Both the position numbers and the translations under genes were made by a program. From an uncultured Christensenella sp. (GTDB lineage Bacteria; Bacillota; Clostridia; Christensenellales; UBA1242), in NCBI GenBank assembly GCA_964369125.1, contig CAYJEF010000002.1, forward strand, positions 1 to 34,640: 34,640 nt of DNA. The letters are read 5' to 3'. Below are positions 21,701 through 33,700 of the stretch, piece after piece. The notes under the pieces were generated by a model. That model had not been told where the DNA came from, did no database searches, and worked only from the letters and a program-made list of their open reading frames with translations. Within the stretch, counting starts at the first letter, position 1. Each line of letters opens with the position of its first letter.

Positions 21701-24700
21701 AACTCCACAGGCTCCCACACGGCGTATATATATATGTTGTGGTTTGGAAGTGCCTTGCCAGCCACTGCCGACGTGAACGTGGCATATGTTTGCCCCACTC
21801 GTGTCACGTAGACGAAATTGGTGTAATATGGGTCGGTGGACAATGCCATAACCTCAAAGACTTCAACGCTTGAAGCAGGACTTGGTCGACCAAACGAAAT
21901 GATATTCCCAAGTTCGTCCCTCTCCACATAAATCGCCCACCCAACGAGGTTATACCCCTCGCGTATTGGATTGTTCCCTAGAGATTTGTCTAGTAAATCT
22001 CGTTGAGAAACAGTGTCGTTATAAGTGAAAGTCATCGAACCAGTGATGTCGAGTTCGGCGCTATCAGCGCTGATGTCCCGATAGAACAGCGAGTAATTTG
22101 GGAACCCAAGCACGAGCGCCTTGCCCACAATGTCAACAATCAAAATGAAATCCACTTCGTTGTGAATTTTAAACGGCGTGTAACCTCCCTCGAACAAAGC
22201 ATTTACTGTGTTAAACACCGAAATATTTGTGAACTTGACAATAGGTTTGCCAAGCACAAAATCTTCACGCGGAAAGTCAATTACGACAGGCACTGTCAGT
22301 TCGTTATAAATCCCGCTTGAAATGGTCAAATATTTATATTCGTCCACCTGCTTGCCGTCTGTGTCCACATACGACACAAAATTAACAAATATCTTTTGCC
22401 CCTCTCCCAATATTACGTTGCCGTCAAACTCAAGTTCGCCGTCGTTATATATCAAAATGTTGTTTAGGCTGGTGTTCATTTTAATTACGACACTGCCAAG
22501 ATATAATGTTCCAGCGTTGTAGATTGCTCCGGCGTTGTCATAGCCCATATTGCCAAAGAAATTGCCAAAATCCATATCCACAGTTCCGCCCGCGACGTAT
22601 AGTCCAGCACCCGTGTAGCCATAGTTGCCAAGATAGTTTTCCACAAGAGTTGGGTCGGCACCCTCTGCCTTGCGTCTTTCGATTTCGGCAGTCAGTTGCG
22701 CACACCCCGCTTCGTAATCGTCGTTCACTGCTTTAATAGCAACCGATTTCTGTTCTGGAGACAATGTGGCGTCGGTATTTATGTCACTAATAGCGTTATC
22801 TCTTGCCGTTTCCAGTTGTAATAGCCCAATAGCGAGTGCTTCGTCGAGTGATTCATCGTCCTCGCCCATTTCGCTATTGTCCAGTTCGTCAATGTGGAAT
22901 ATTCCAATGTCTGCACCAAGAATATTGAGATTTCCACCTGCCACATACACAGCACCGCCGTAGTGTGCGCCGTTGCCATAAAACATAACTGTAGAGGACA
23001 TTTTGCCGTCTGTATCTATGTGCGTTCCGCCCAAATATAATACGCCACTAATCATAGAAATTGCACCGCCACGATATGTCATATTGCTAAACGAACCGTC
23101 AGCGCTTTGGCAAACATTACCCACAAACTCCGCACTATTTATCCTTGAAACAAGTGTGCTGTAATTTTCGTCGCTTTCCGCAATTTGTGTTCCAGAATAA
23201 TAAATCGCCCCGCCGTTATTTGCTTGGTTGCCGTGGAAGTAAGTGCCAATAACCACACCTTCAGCGTCGGTATAGTCGTCCACGATAAGCGTTGCATATT
23301 CGCCAACGTAAATGCCACCACCCATTACAGCATAATTACCGCCGACGTCCGCTCCATTGACATTAAGTTTTGCAAAATTACCCACACTGCCAATAATGTA
23401 GATTGCTCCACCAGCGCCGGACGAAGCGTTTGACATATTATAATTGTAAATCCCGCCATTTATAGTCAAATTATTTGAACTCGAATAAATTGCTCCGCCC
23501 TGCGTGCCGGAGTTTAAGTAAAAACTACCCTCGGTAACCGTAACGGTAGAAGAAAATTCAGCATACAGCGCGCCACCAAACGAGTCGCCAGAACCGAGTC
23601 CCGTATTCATTGAAAATTCAATGTTATTTATATTCAAAACCGCATTAGTCACATAAATCCCGCCACCATATGTCGAGGTGGAATATTGCACAATGAATTT
23701 GTCGAAAGTAATGACGTCGCCGACAGAGACGGACGCATTGCCGTCCACCGCGATTGCCCCGCCATATATGGCACTGTTGCCCGACGCGTCATTTGTGCCT
23801 TTGCCAAAAGTCACTTTCTGGGCGTCATTAAGCGTGCTTGCAAAAGAGTTCTTTAGATACACTGCCCCACCATAGGACGAACCCGAAAGAGACGTCGCTA
23901 TATTTGACAAGAAATTTGCGTCGCCAAAGGTTATAACGCTGTCGTTTTCCATCGCCACCGCTCCGCCATATGCGCCAAGCGTCGACTCCACAGAATTGTT
24001 CGCGAAAATTGCAGAATTTAGAACAAGGGTTGAATTGTTTAAATATATCGCTCCGCCATACAAGTTTGCGGACAAAGTTTGAAGTTTGTTGCCTATAAAT
24101 TGCGCACCGTTAGATATAATTCGCGAGCCATTTTCTGCAAATATTGCACCACCGAAATTAGTCAAACTATTTTTGTTGTTCCTAATCACAAAATCTTTGC
24201 AAAGCACGAGTGTCCCAGCATTCAGTTTTATAAACGCGCCAGTTGGCATTGCAGAATATCCGTTTAGAGTGAACGTGCCATTCTCACTGCCCTCAAATTC
24301 CAACACTCCGCCCGTAACATTAAACACATTGTCACCCGAAAAAGACGGCGCGCGAGTAAACATAAATTCGCTGTTTACAATAAGTTCCGTATGTTCAGGG
24401 TTATTGTAAAGCGCGATAATGAGTTTTATGTTAGTCAGGTTTATTTGATTAATTATTTCAAACTGACTAAGTCTGTTTAGAATAACAATCTTTGTGTATG
24501 GGTTCTGCTCTAAACTCTTTGTTGCGATCTCTGGGTCGTTTTGAGTAGCGCCAAGCGCACTTGCAAAATTATAGTAAAATCTCTCGGTGCCCGACCTCAT
24601 ACTATAATAGTTTTCGATATAACACACTGCCTCTTGCCACACGACGTTCAGCGTCAAGGTATAAGTGCCGTCGGCGTTTGCGGTGCATTTGTCTATGCTG

Positions 24701-27700
24701 AGTCTTATTGGGTCACTACTGCCAAGGTCGTAGAGAATTTTACTGCTGGTATATTTGATCGCCACTTTGCCAAAGCAATAGATTTCCTCGAGAACTGGCG
24801 TAATAAATTCTTGCTCAAGAGACTTGCCTTCAATAAGGAAATATTTGCCGATAGTTGCGCTGTTATAGACATTTAACACACTGTCGCCAAAGTATTTATA
24901 GTCACTGTCGTTCCCAAGCACGATTTGTATATTCACTCTGGAATTGTTCCAAACGGAATAGACGGTGAAAGTTATGCCTTCTGTAATAATAACACTGGAG
25001 CCGAAATCACTTTTGATATTTGATTCAGAAATAAGATATTCATAATTAGGAGCATAGTTGTGTTGATTTGGTGCAATAAAAATCCTCCAGCCAATGAAAT
25101 ATTCGCCCGGTTTAGACCATGTGCTTACGTCTGCGTCGTTTGAACTTAAGAAATTTATAGTTTCGCCGAAGTATCCTTGCACAATCTTTTCATTTATAAT
25201 TTGTTCATCGCTATTCCTTGACGAGACGAACTTGAAAGAGATAGTCAAAGGTTGCCAAATGGCATATAATGTCCTGCTATTCATTCCAACACTTCTCGCA
25301 AAACTATATTCCTGTCCGCCGTCGTCCGCTGGATTATAAAGCGTCACCGTTGTTCCGCCCTGCACGGCACTATTGTATGAATTGTAATTCACATATTCGT
25401 CCGACCACCCAAGGAAATTGTAGCCATATTTATATGGACCATAATCAGTGTGAATGTCAGGTTTGCGCGGAGGCAGTGTGGCGATATACGTTTCGTTTTC
25501 TTCGTCCAAAATTATGCTACCGTTGATAAACGAATTTGGCGTAATTGTCAAGTTGCCGTTATATTCTCCGCCGCCAAGGTTATAATTTACAAGAACATCG
25601 TCCCAAATGCCTTTTAAAAGAATAATTTTGTTGTTGTCGCCCGCGATAAAATCGTTCAAAGTTAAGTCCATAGTTGAATAATTATAAATTCCGTCCGTCC
25701 AACCCTCAAAACCCGCCACGTTAAACGTAATTTGGTTTATAAGCATATAAGGAATGACGTCGCCAAAGCGCGCGATGAGAACAAGACCGTTTGACACGGC
25801 GTCATAGTAAACTTTGCCCGCCTCTAATAGAGCAAACGGCACAAACGAGCCAGTGTCGTTAATGGCATTATAAATATATTCGTAAGAACTGCCAGTTGGA
25901 CTGGTCGCCTCGGCATAACCCACTACTGCTTTGCCATAATTTAGCACCGTTGTCTCTTTATTGGTTAATTGCGTGTAATCTAAAACTACCTCCACTTTGT
26001 CTGGGTTCAGCGAAATATATCGCAGGTTGCCCTGCCAAGGCACAGCCTTTATGCTTTCTTCCGTGACCTCAAAATTCTCGTCTCCCTCAGCATTCACGTG
26101 ATAGTTATTTTTCACAAACCACGAATACACGCCCTCCACTTCAAGCGTAATTGTGGACATATAATATGTATAAGTATACACCGACTTGTCGTCGCTAGCA
26201 AAAATCCACTTTACACCACCAGCAGTTTTGGTGCGAACACTTATCCCACCGATTGTTTCTTGCACAGTGACAACTCCGCTGTCAATCTCTCCGCCGTCTG
26301 CGTCCACCGTGAGTTTGTAATAATTCCACATTGCATTTAGACAAAACACATAGTTTGGCGTAATAATGCCACTTGTGAGTTCAATCCTAATGGAAGGGCT
26401 ACCCTTTGCAAATATCATTTCGTCTTGTTCAAAGAGTGCTGGATAGAATAGTTCGCTAATATCCCCGCCAAACGACCAGCCCGCGAAAGTGAAAATATTG
26501 CCGTTCGCGTCGCGATAAATAAGCATATCTTCGTCGAGTTCAAAATATTCAGTAAGTGACACGCCAGATTTCAAAAGCGAATATATAATATCTTTCTCAA
26601 TAAGGTATGATTTCACCCCCTCGGTGTCGTCGTAGTAATAGTTAAAGCCATATTCGCTGGTGTTATACATTCCGCCATTCAAGTTCAATCTTAATGTATA
26701 TGACATTTCTTCCCAAACCGCCGACACAACAAGAGCGCCACTCTGTCCGCTCATGTGTGCTTGCGAGAAAATCCCGCCAACGCCACACGAGAACAGTAAG
26801 TTTTCAGTTTGCGTTAATAATATTTCCACACCAAGCGCGTTTGTATATTTCCAACCAGCAAATTGCACATAGGTATTGGCTTCAAAATCAAAAGCAGTAA
26901 GCGCCAGCGTTTCTCCGCCGAATGCAAACAGTTCACCTAGCGTATATGTCCCGTCATACAAAAATGGCACTTCTTGATTGCTGTTTGTGTAAAGTCTGTC
27001 GCTAAAATCAATAGTGTATTCGTTTTGACACCATATTGGATAGAGTTTCACCGTCTCGCCGTCGACGTTTGTTAGGTTATAAATATATTCGGTATTTAAG
27101 ACGTCACCTTTAATGTTTGGGTCGTAGGTTTCCATAAAATAGAAGCAGTTTTCTAGCGTCTGTTCACTCAATTTTTGCTTGATGGACCAGCCAATCTGCG
27201 TCCAACCAAAGAGCAAATAACCCTCGTTCAGTTTCGAAGCCTCCTGATAGACAAAGGTGGCGGTGCTTACATAATCTGGAGTTGGCAAAGATATTTGCCC
27301 CGACGCGTCCACGTTATACTCATTCTCTAAAGAAGGCAAGGTAGCCTCATACGACACGGTGTATTCCACATTTGACCAATATAGTGGCATCGATAGCAAG
27401 AAATAGTCGCCCTGCTCCACGTAGAAAGCGTCGAAATTTAAAAGATTATTTTCGTTGTCATAGTAACCTAAGGTAAATGTCCCCGCTTTGCCAAACACAA
27501 TGGCGTTATGTTCGTCATATTGAATTTCTTTGCCGTCCTCACTTGTTACAGTGGTAGTCGTCTTTGTGTATGTCCTAGAATTTAGCAAATAAAAGTATTC
27601 ATATGAAAAACCAAAGTTTGAAGGGGTTGGCAATTTCGATAAATCAACCTCACTTTGCATTTTGAGCCCGGATAAAATAAGTTTGCCGTCCGAAAGAGAA

Positions 27701-30700
27701 AGCGGATAATCGTATGTTGCTTGTGGGTCAAGGGTATAACTGGCGTTTGTCGCCGTTGTACCAAGTGCCGTGCCTTTTGGGTCTATTTCAATTGCAAAAT
27801 CTTTGCTTTGCCAGTTTGCAACCAGTGTTATATCACCTGCGGGCATAACAAAACTCCCCGAGACAATGTCGCCTGTCAGCATATTCAAAAAGTTTATAAA
27901 CGTATAAACTGGATACGTCCTGTTTTTGTCGAGACTATGCACACACACAAGTCCCTCAGCCGTCATATCCAAATAGTCCACCGAGGATTTATAGGCATAA
28001 CTAAGCGTAATAGAGGTCACATCTTCGTATGTTTGCCCCACAAATTCGCCCGAAAATTCCCCACCCGAGAAGTCATAAGTGAGTTCAAAAATTACCTCCG
28101 ACCATTGCGCTGTGAAATAGTATGTGGCATTAAAACCGTAGTCAAGAGTCCTAAAAATTGGACTGCTTATATAATATTCTCCGCCACGTTCGTCCTCATA
28201 GTGCGAAAATTCATAGCCCACGTCGCCATCGGCGCGCTCGTTTCTTGTGTCAACATAAAAGTCGCTAAGTAGGTTAATTTCGTCGCCAAAGCGATAAACG
28301 TTCGTGACAGTTTGCGACCTACTTTGCACGCCCAAAAGTCCACCATTGTCCGCCATATTCACGACAACATTTACATTAACGCCCACCCAAACGCAATAAA
28401 GCGAAATAACACCACTTGCGTCAATGTTAAAGTCTGGTTGCTTCATATAATATTTTGTAAATGTGCTCAGCGAAAAGGGGTCGCCCTCGCCGTTACTTAG
28501 GTTATTATAAGAATCAAGGTTGTAATTTACACGCGTGAAGTTTATCACTGTATCGTTGATTTTTGGCGATTGATTGCTTGGTTTTGTGAACATAACTTGC
28601 GTGCCATATGGCGCAGTGAACGATACAAATTGAGTGTCGCTAGCCGACGTGTTTGCATAGATTTTCATTGTCACCATCTGCACCCACACTGCCTGAAGTT
28701 GCACTGTTGTCTTGTTGATACAATTCACGGTGTCGCCCGCGAAATATGTGGTGTTACTCGCGTCAACGAAATTGCTTAGTTGGTGATATGCTTTCGCCAC
28801 ATTAGAGATAGTTGGCAGTTTATACCTTCCGCCCACTTTCACCTCAAGGGTCAAAAGTCCGCCGTTTATGTTGTAAGATTTCAAATTCTCACTGTTTTGG
28901 CTGGAATTTAGGTCGTAGTATGTGTAAATACTCTCTAAAAACTCCCCGCCGTCCAAGTTTATTTCCACGATTGCTATCTGCCTAGACCATCTTGCGAACA
29001 GAGTGAACACATAATATTGCACACCCTCAATAGTTTGCAATGTTAAAAAGTTTAGCATTGAATTGTCAAAAGTAATGTGCGAAGTGTAAAGGTTTTGCCC
29101 CGATGCAGAAGTCTGCCAACCCACAATCTCATAGTATTCATACACATATGGAATGTTTTGGTTTATGTTGTAAACGCTCCCATAAAGGATTGGTTTTGGC
29201 GTGACGCCGTCTGGCAACAGCCCGCTAACAGTCTCTTTCACTTGCCCAAGTCCATAACTTGCAGGACCGTTTTTGTCATACACCACCATAATCCTGCCAA
29301 ATTCATACACGGCATAAAGGGTGACATTGCTATTATCCCCTGTCACGGCGAAAGAAGTGGTATACACATTCGTCACATTTTCATTCACAATGTTTGGCGA
29401 ATATTCCTCCCCCCAACCCAAGAAATTGTAACCCTTGGTGCTTGGGAGTGAACCCACTGCAGTCATATAGGAGGTGTTTAAATTCGCTGTCTCTCCCGCA
29501 AATTTTGTGAAAGTGTGGCGCGTAACAAATTTATTTTGAGTTGTGTCGTAGACTTTCAGTTCAATATTTACAACAGATGCAACCCAATCCGCCACGAGAG
29601 TACAGTTACTTATTATTGTAACAGGGGGCACTTTTGCAGCGCCAAGAAGCCAACCCGCGAATGTGTGACTAGTGCCAGTTATTTCAAAATATATATTGTT
29701 TATATCGTTTGAAGAGAGTTGACTCCCAGCATAATATTCCTTTATGAAACTCGTGTCACTGCTTTCCACCCTGTTTGGGTCATAATGCGCCGTAACCGTC
29801 ACACCCTGCGGGAACGAAGCAGGCGCAACAAAACTAAACGTAACCGTGTGCGTCCAAATGGCATAGAGCGTTATCGTCCTTGTTTCATTGTTGCCATAAT
29901 TTGCTATGAGTTGCCTTGTTATTGTCGCCGTCTCTCCCCAACTAATAAGGTTTGACATTTCAGTTGGAAGACTTGAAATATCAGACGTATAGTACCACCC
30001 CGCGAAATTCCTGCCAGTGTATGATGTCGCGCCGTCGTTAGTTAATGAAAACGAAATATAATCGTCGCCCGCGTCCTCGCCCGTCACCACTTGCTGACGG
30101 ATTGTTTGCACGCTCGTGCTTCCGCCGTTTGCGCCAAACTGCACGGTGAAATATTCTTGCCACAATGCGCGAATATGCACGGTGTCACTCTCATTTTGCG
30201 CCTCAAAAAGTTTTGGGGTGGCAAACTCGTTTAAATCATACCTCAAACCGCTATAAGCAGTGCCTGTTATTTCGCCCAGCCCGTCCACAACGGAAAATGC
30301 AACAAAATCAAACCCCACGCGCGAGAGCCCTTCATAGGGCAAAAGTATGCCATTAGTATTTATATAGGTGTATGTTCGCTTGTAAATCAAAAATCCGTTT
30401 TCGTCCGTGCTATATGTGGCGTCATAGTTTTGTAGTTTTTGATTTTCCGTGTCCGACCAAGAGCCACCTCCCAAATCGACTAAAACTATGTATGTTTTCT
30501 CTTCCCAAAATGCCGTAAGCACCAACTCACCGTCGTCAAAGTCGCTGTTAGCAAACAGCCCAAATTCCGACTTTGAAAGTAACGAAATGCTAGAAGTTAT
30601 ATCGGCAGACTCAGTGCCAATGAGGACTCTTGAAAACGTGTAGTAAACGCCATTAAAATACTGTCTGTCGGTAATGTTAAATAATTCTTCAATTATAAAC

Positions 30701-33700
30701 TCTTCACCATATTTCAACAACGCTTGCTGAGTTGCGTTTGTGCCAATATTATCAATAAAGTTCAGGGTATATTCGGCGTCGTCCCAGTTGGACGTAAACG
30801 TTGTGTCACTTCCAATTTTAAGCACATAGTCCGGCAAAATAACATTGTCCAAAATTTCCACTTCGCCACCCTCGGTAATTCTAGTCACAATAGAGTTTGC
30901 CGAATAGTGAGTGAAAACTTTGTGCAAATATGTAAATCTGGACGCCATATCAAGAGCATAATCATAAGTAATGTCCACGGCTAAAACGACAAAATTTGGA
31001 TATTCCGCTGTGTCATAACTCGTCCCCACATATTCCACTATGCTTTGGTTAGTGCCGTTATTAGCCTTAAAGGTTACATTTTTCTTTGTTGCGATATACA
31101 TTTTATATATATATTTGTCGCCATCTTTTGACATTGTAGAGTTTGGTTCCGGCACGCTTAAAACAACCTGTTCTCCAAATGTATCATAATAATACGCTGT
31201 GGTTTCGGCGAGGTCGATAATAAAATCGATTTCCTTGCCGTTTGTAACTGGCAATCTGCCGTTGCTTTTAGACAAAGTGTACTCGCGAGACATGGGACCA
31301 GTTATGTCAAAATATGTCTTTGGGGTAAGGTTTATGGTAGCGTCTTGCTTGCTGTTGTATATTTTGACTGTCACCGTTTTTGGCTCCCATTTCGCCACAA
31401 ATAGGACGGAACTATTTACGTTTGCGCTTAAAAGTTCCACACCCGTTGATTGCAAAGATAAAACAAGTCCATTTGCAACCACTGCGTCATTTAGCGTCCA
31501 ACTAGCAAATTTATAATACTCGGTGCAAGTGAATGTGTTTTGTGGGAGTATAGAAATTTGCGCGCCATACGCCATTCTTTTAATTGCTGGAGAGACCCCG
31601 CCAGCCCCTGCCTTGCCGTCATCGTCGCCCTTCGTGAAGTTTAAAACATAAAACATAGCAAACAGTTCATATTCGCCATCAATGTTTATATTCAAATCTT
31701 TCAGTTGATTTGTTTCTTCGCTCGCTAAAAATTCGTCGCCCTCTCCGTTTGCAAGGGTGTTGAAATGCGTGAAATTATACCCCGAAATTTCATCACCCGC
31801 AAGGACAAACTCGCCCCCTCGTGATACAGCAATGTTTGCAGTTTGCGTCCTGTTTGCATAAAGGCAAACTTTCACATATGTAACGTCCACCCACACGGCG
31901 TAGAGTGTCATATTATTTTCGATGACGGCATTTAATTCGCCGTCAAATTCGTAAGTAACAATCTTGTGCTCGGCGTTTTCTTCGCTTGTCGCCCAGCCCT
32001 CGAAGTAATAACCCGAATATGTCATTTCGTTTTCGTTAGGGAGAGTTATTTCGCTTTCAAACAAAACTTCGGTAATTGTAAAGTTACTGTTTGAACCCTC
32101 ATATTCCCCACCGTTTAAGACGAAATTCACGGCATATTTTTGCTTTTCCCAACGCGCAAAAATTTCGCCAAAATTCTTGTCTATTCTTTTGCTCGTCTTC
32201 ATTTCGCTTTGTCCATCGTTTTCCACGATATTTTCGCCACCCGTGGCAAGCGAATACAATCCCACAAAATCATAGCCCGTTCGTTGCTGAACCATTTGAG
32301 AGATAAAACTGGTGGCGTTTGCGCTTTGCTTTAATGTCACAGTAACTGTGGTGACATTGCTGTTTTTTACGCATGTGACCTCGATATATATAAGCGAACC
32401 ATATGGCACACGTGCAGTTTTATACACAAACTCGTCGTCAATCTCATAAAAATTCACGACGACGTCTCTGTTTTGCCCCGTCCAGTTAATGTTTGCAATA
32501 AGTTTGCCGTCTGACAAAAGCACTTCAGTAATAGATAGCCGAGTGCCCGCAATATAAGAGTCGTTTTTGACAAGATAAGAACTCAAGTCGTAGTTTGGTC
32601 TAATGAACTCCGGCAAAATAATCGAGGCACCCACCAGCAAGTTTGTTATGGTTATCTTCATATTCTGCGCGTCAAACGAATACGAAATTTCCCCGTCATA
32701 CGAAAACTCGGGGTCACTTAAGTTGAAATTCACACCAAACAACTGCGCTAGTTCCGCATTCGTCGGGACAGTAACTTCGTCAATAATGTCGCCACCCACA
32801 AAAATTTCCGTAGAGACAACAATTTTCACAAACTGAGCAAAAAGCACAATCGCACCTCGCTTGCCCATATAGAAATAGTCGCGGTCATAATATGGCTCTG
32901 TCCAAAGGTTGACGTCGGCTGGAATCTCAAAGTCTTTTGCATAGCAGTTGCCCGTCTTGTCTACAAACCCAACGAGAGCATATCCCGCCTTTATCACAGT
33001 TGTTTCAAAATTCTCGCCCGCCCAGTCCGTCAGCATTTTCGCACTTCCGGCAGTGACACTCGTGCTACTCAGTAAGTCCCCGCCATTTGGAGCAGGGTCT
33101 TTTATAACAAGCGGAATACTAATCTCCTCCCACACGGCATAAAAGTCAATATAAGTCTCGTCGAGCAAAAATTCCCTGTCAATTCGCGCCACCGAATATT
33201 GACCAGTGCCCGAAGTTTTCGACATCGACCACCCGCTAAACTTGTGATAGAGCGGTTTTGTCTGCATAAAGTCCGTAACCCTAAAATCGTCCAGCAAATT
33301 GTAGTTAAGTTTTCCGTATGTAGTTTCTTTTGTGGCGATTTTGTCGTCGTATTCTGGGGTTCCGTAACCCTCTGGATACGACACGGCGTCGTAGTATGTC
33401 TCTACCGTGTCTTGGTTGGAATGATACACCAATGTCACTTTTTGTGGTGTTAAATTCACCCTAAATGCCATATTCTTGGACGGCGTAATAATGCTATTTC
33501 CTTCCGTCAAAGTTAAAATCTCCAAATCTCCCACGGTCTGTACATTATCGTTATCTCTCAAATTATTCGCAACATTCGTGGAAGTTAGCGTTGTAATTTC
33601 AAAGTAGTTTTCCAAAAATCTCACATAGTCGGCTTTTGTATATGTCGCCGTGGCGTCATTGATAATCTCCTCGTTTGCGCCGTCAAACCTAAACAATTTG

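Noticed and set aside
1648-24627. Periodic short DNA motif (ccgccacc / ataaattccgccacc and variants recurring every 70-90 nt) as a CRISPR-like or satellite repeat.
   Set aside because: The motif is simply the reverse complement of GGT-GGC-GG(A/C)-AT(T/C)-TA(T/C), encoding GGGIY/GGAIY turns. Spacing is irregular, the copies are imperfect, and everything lies in one continuous reading frame.
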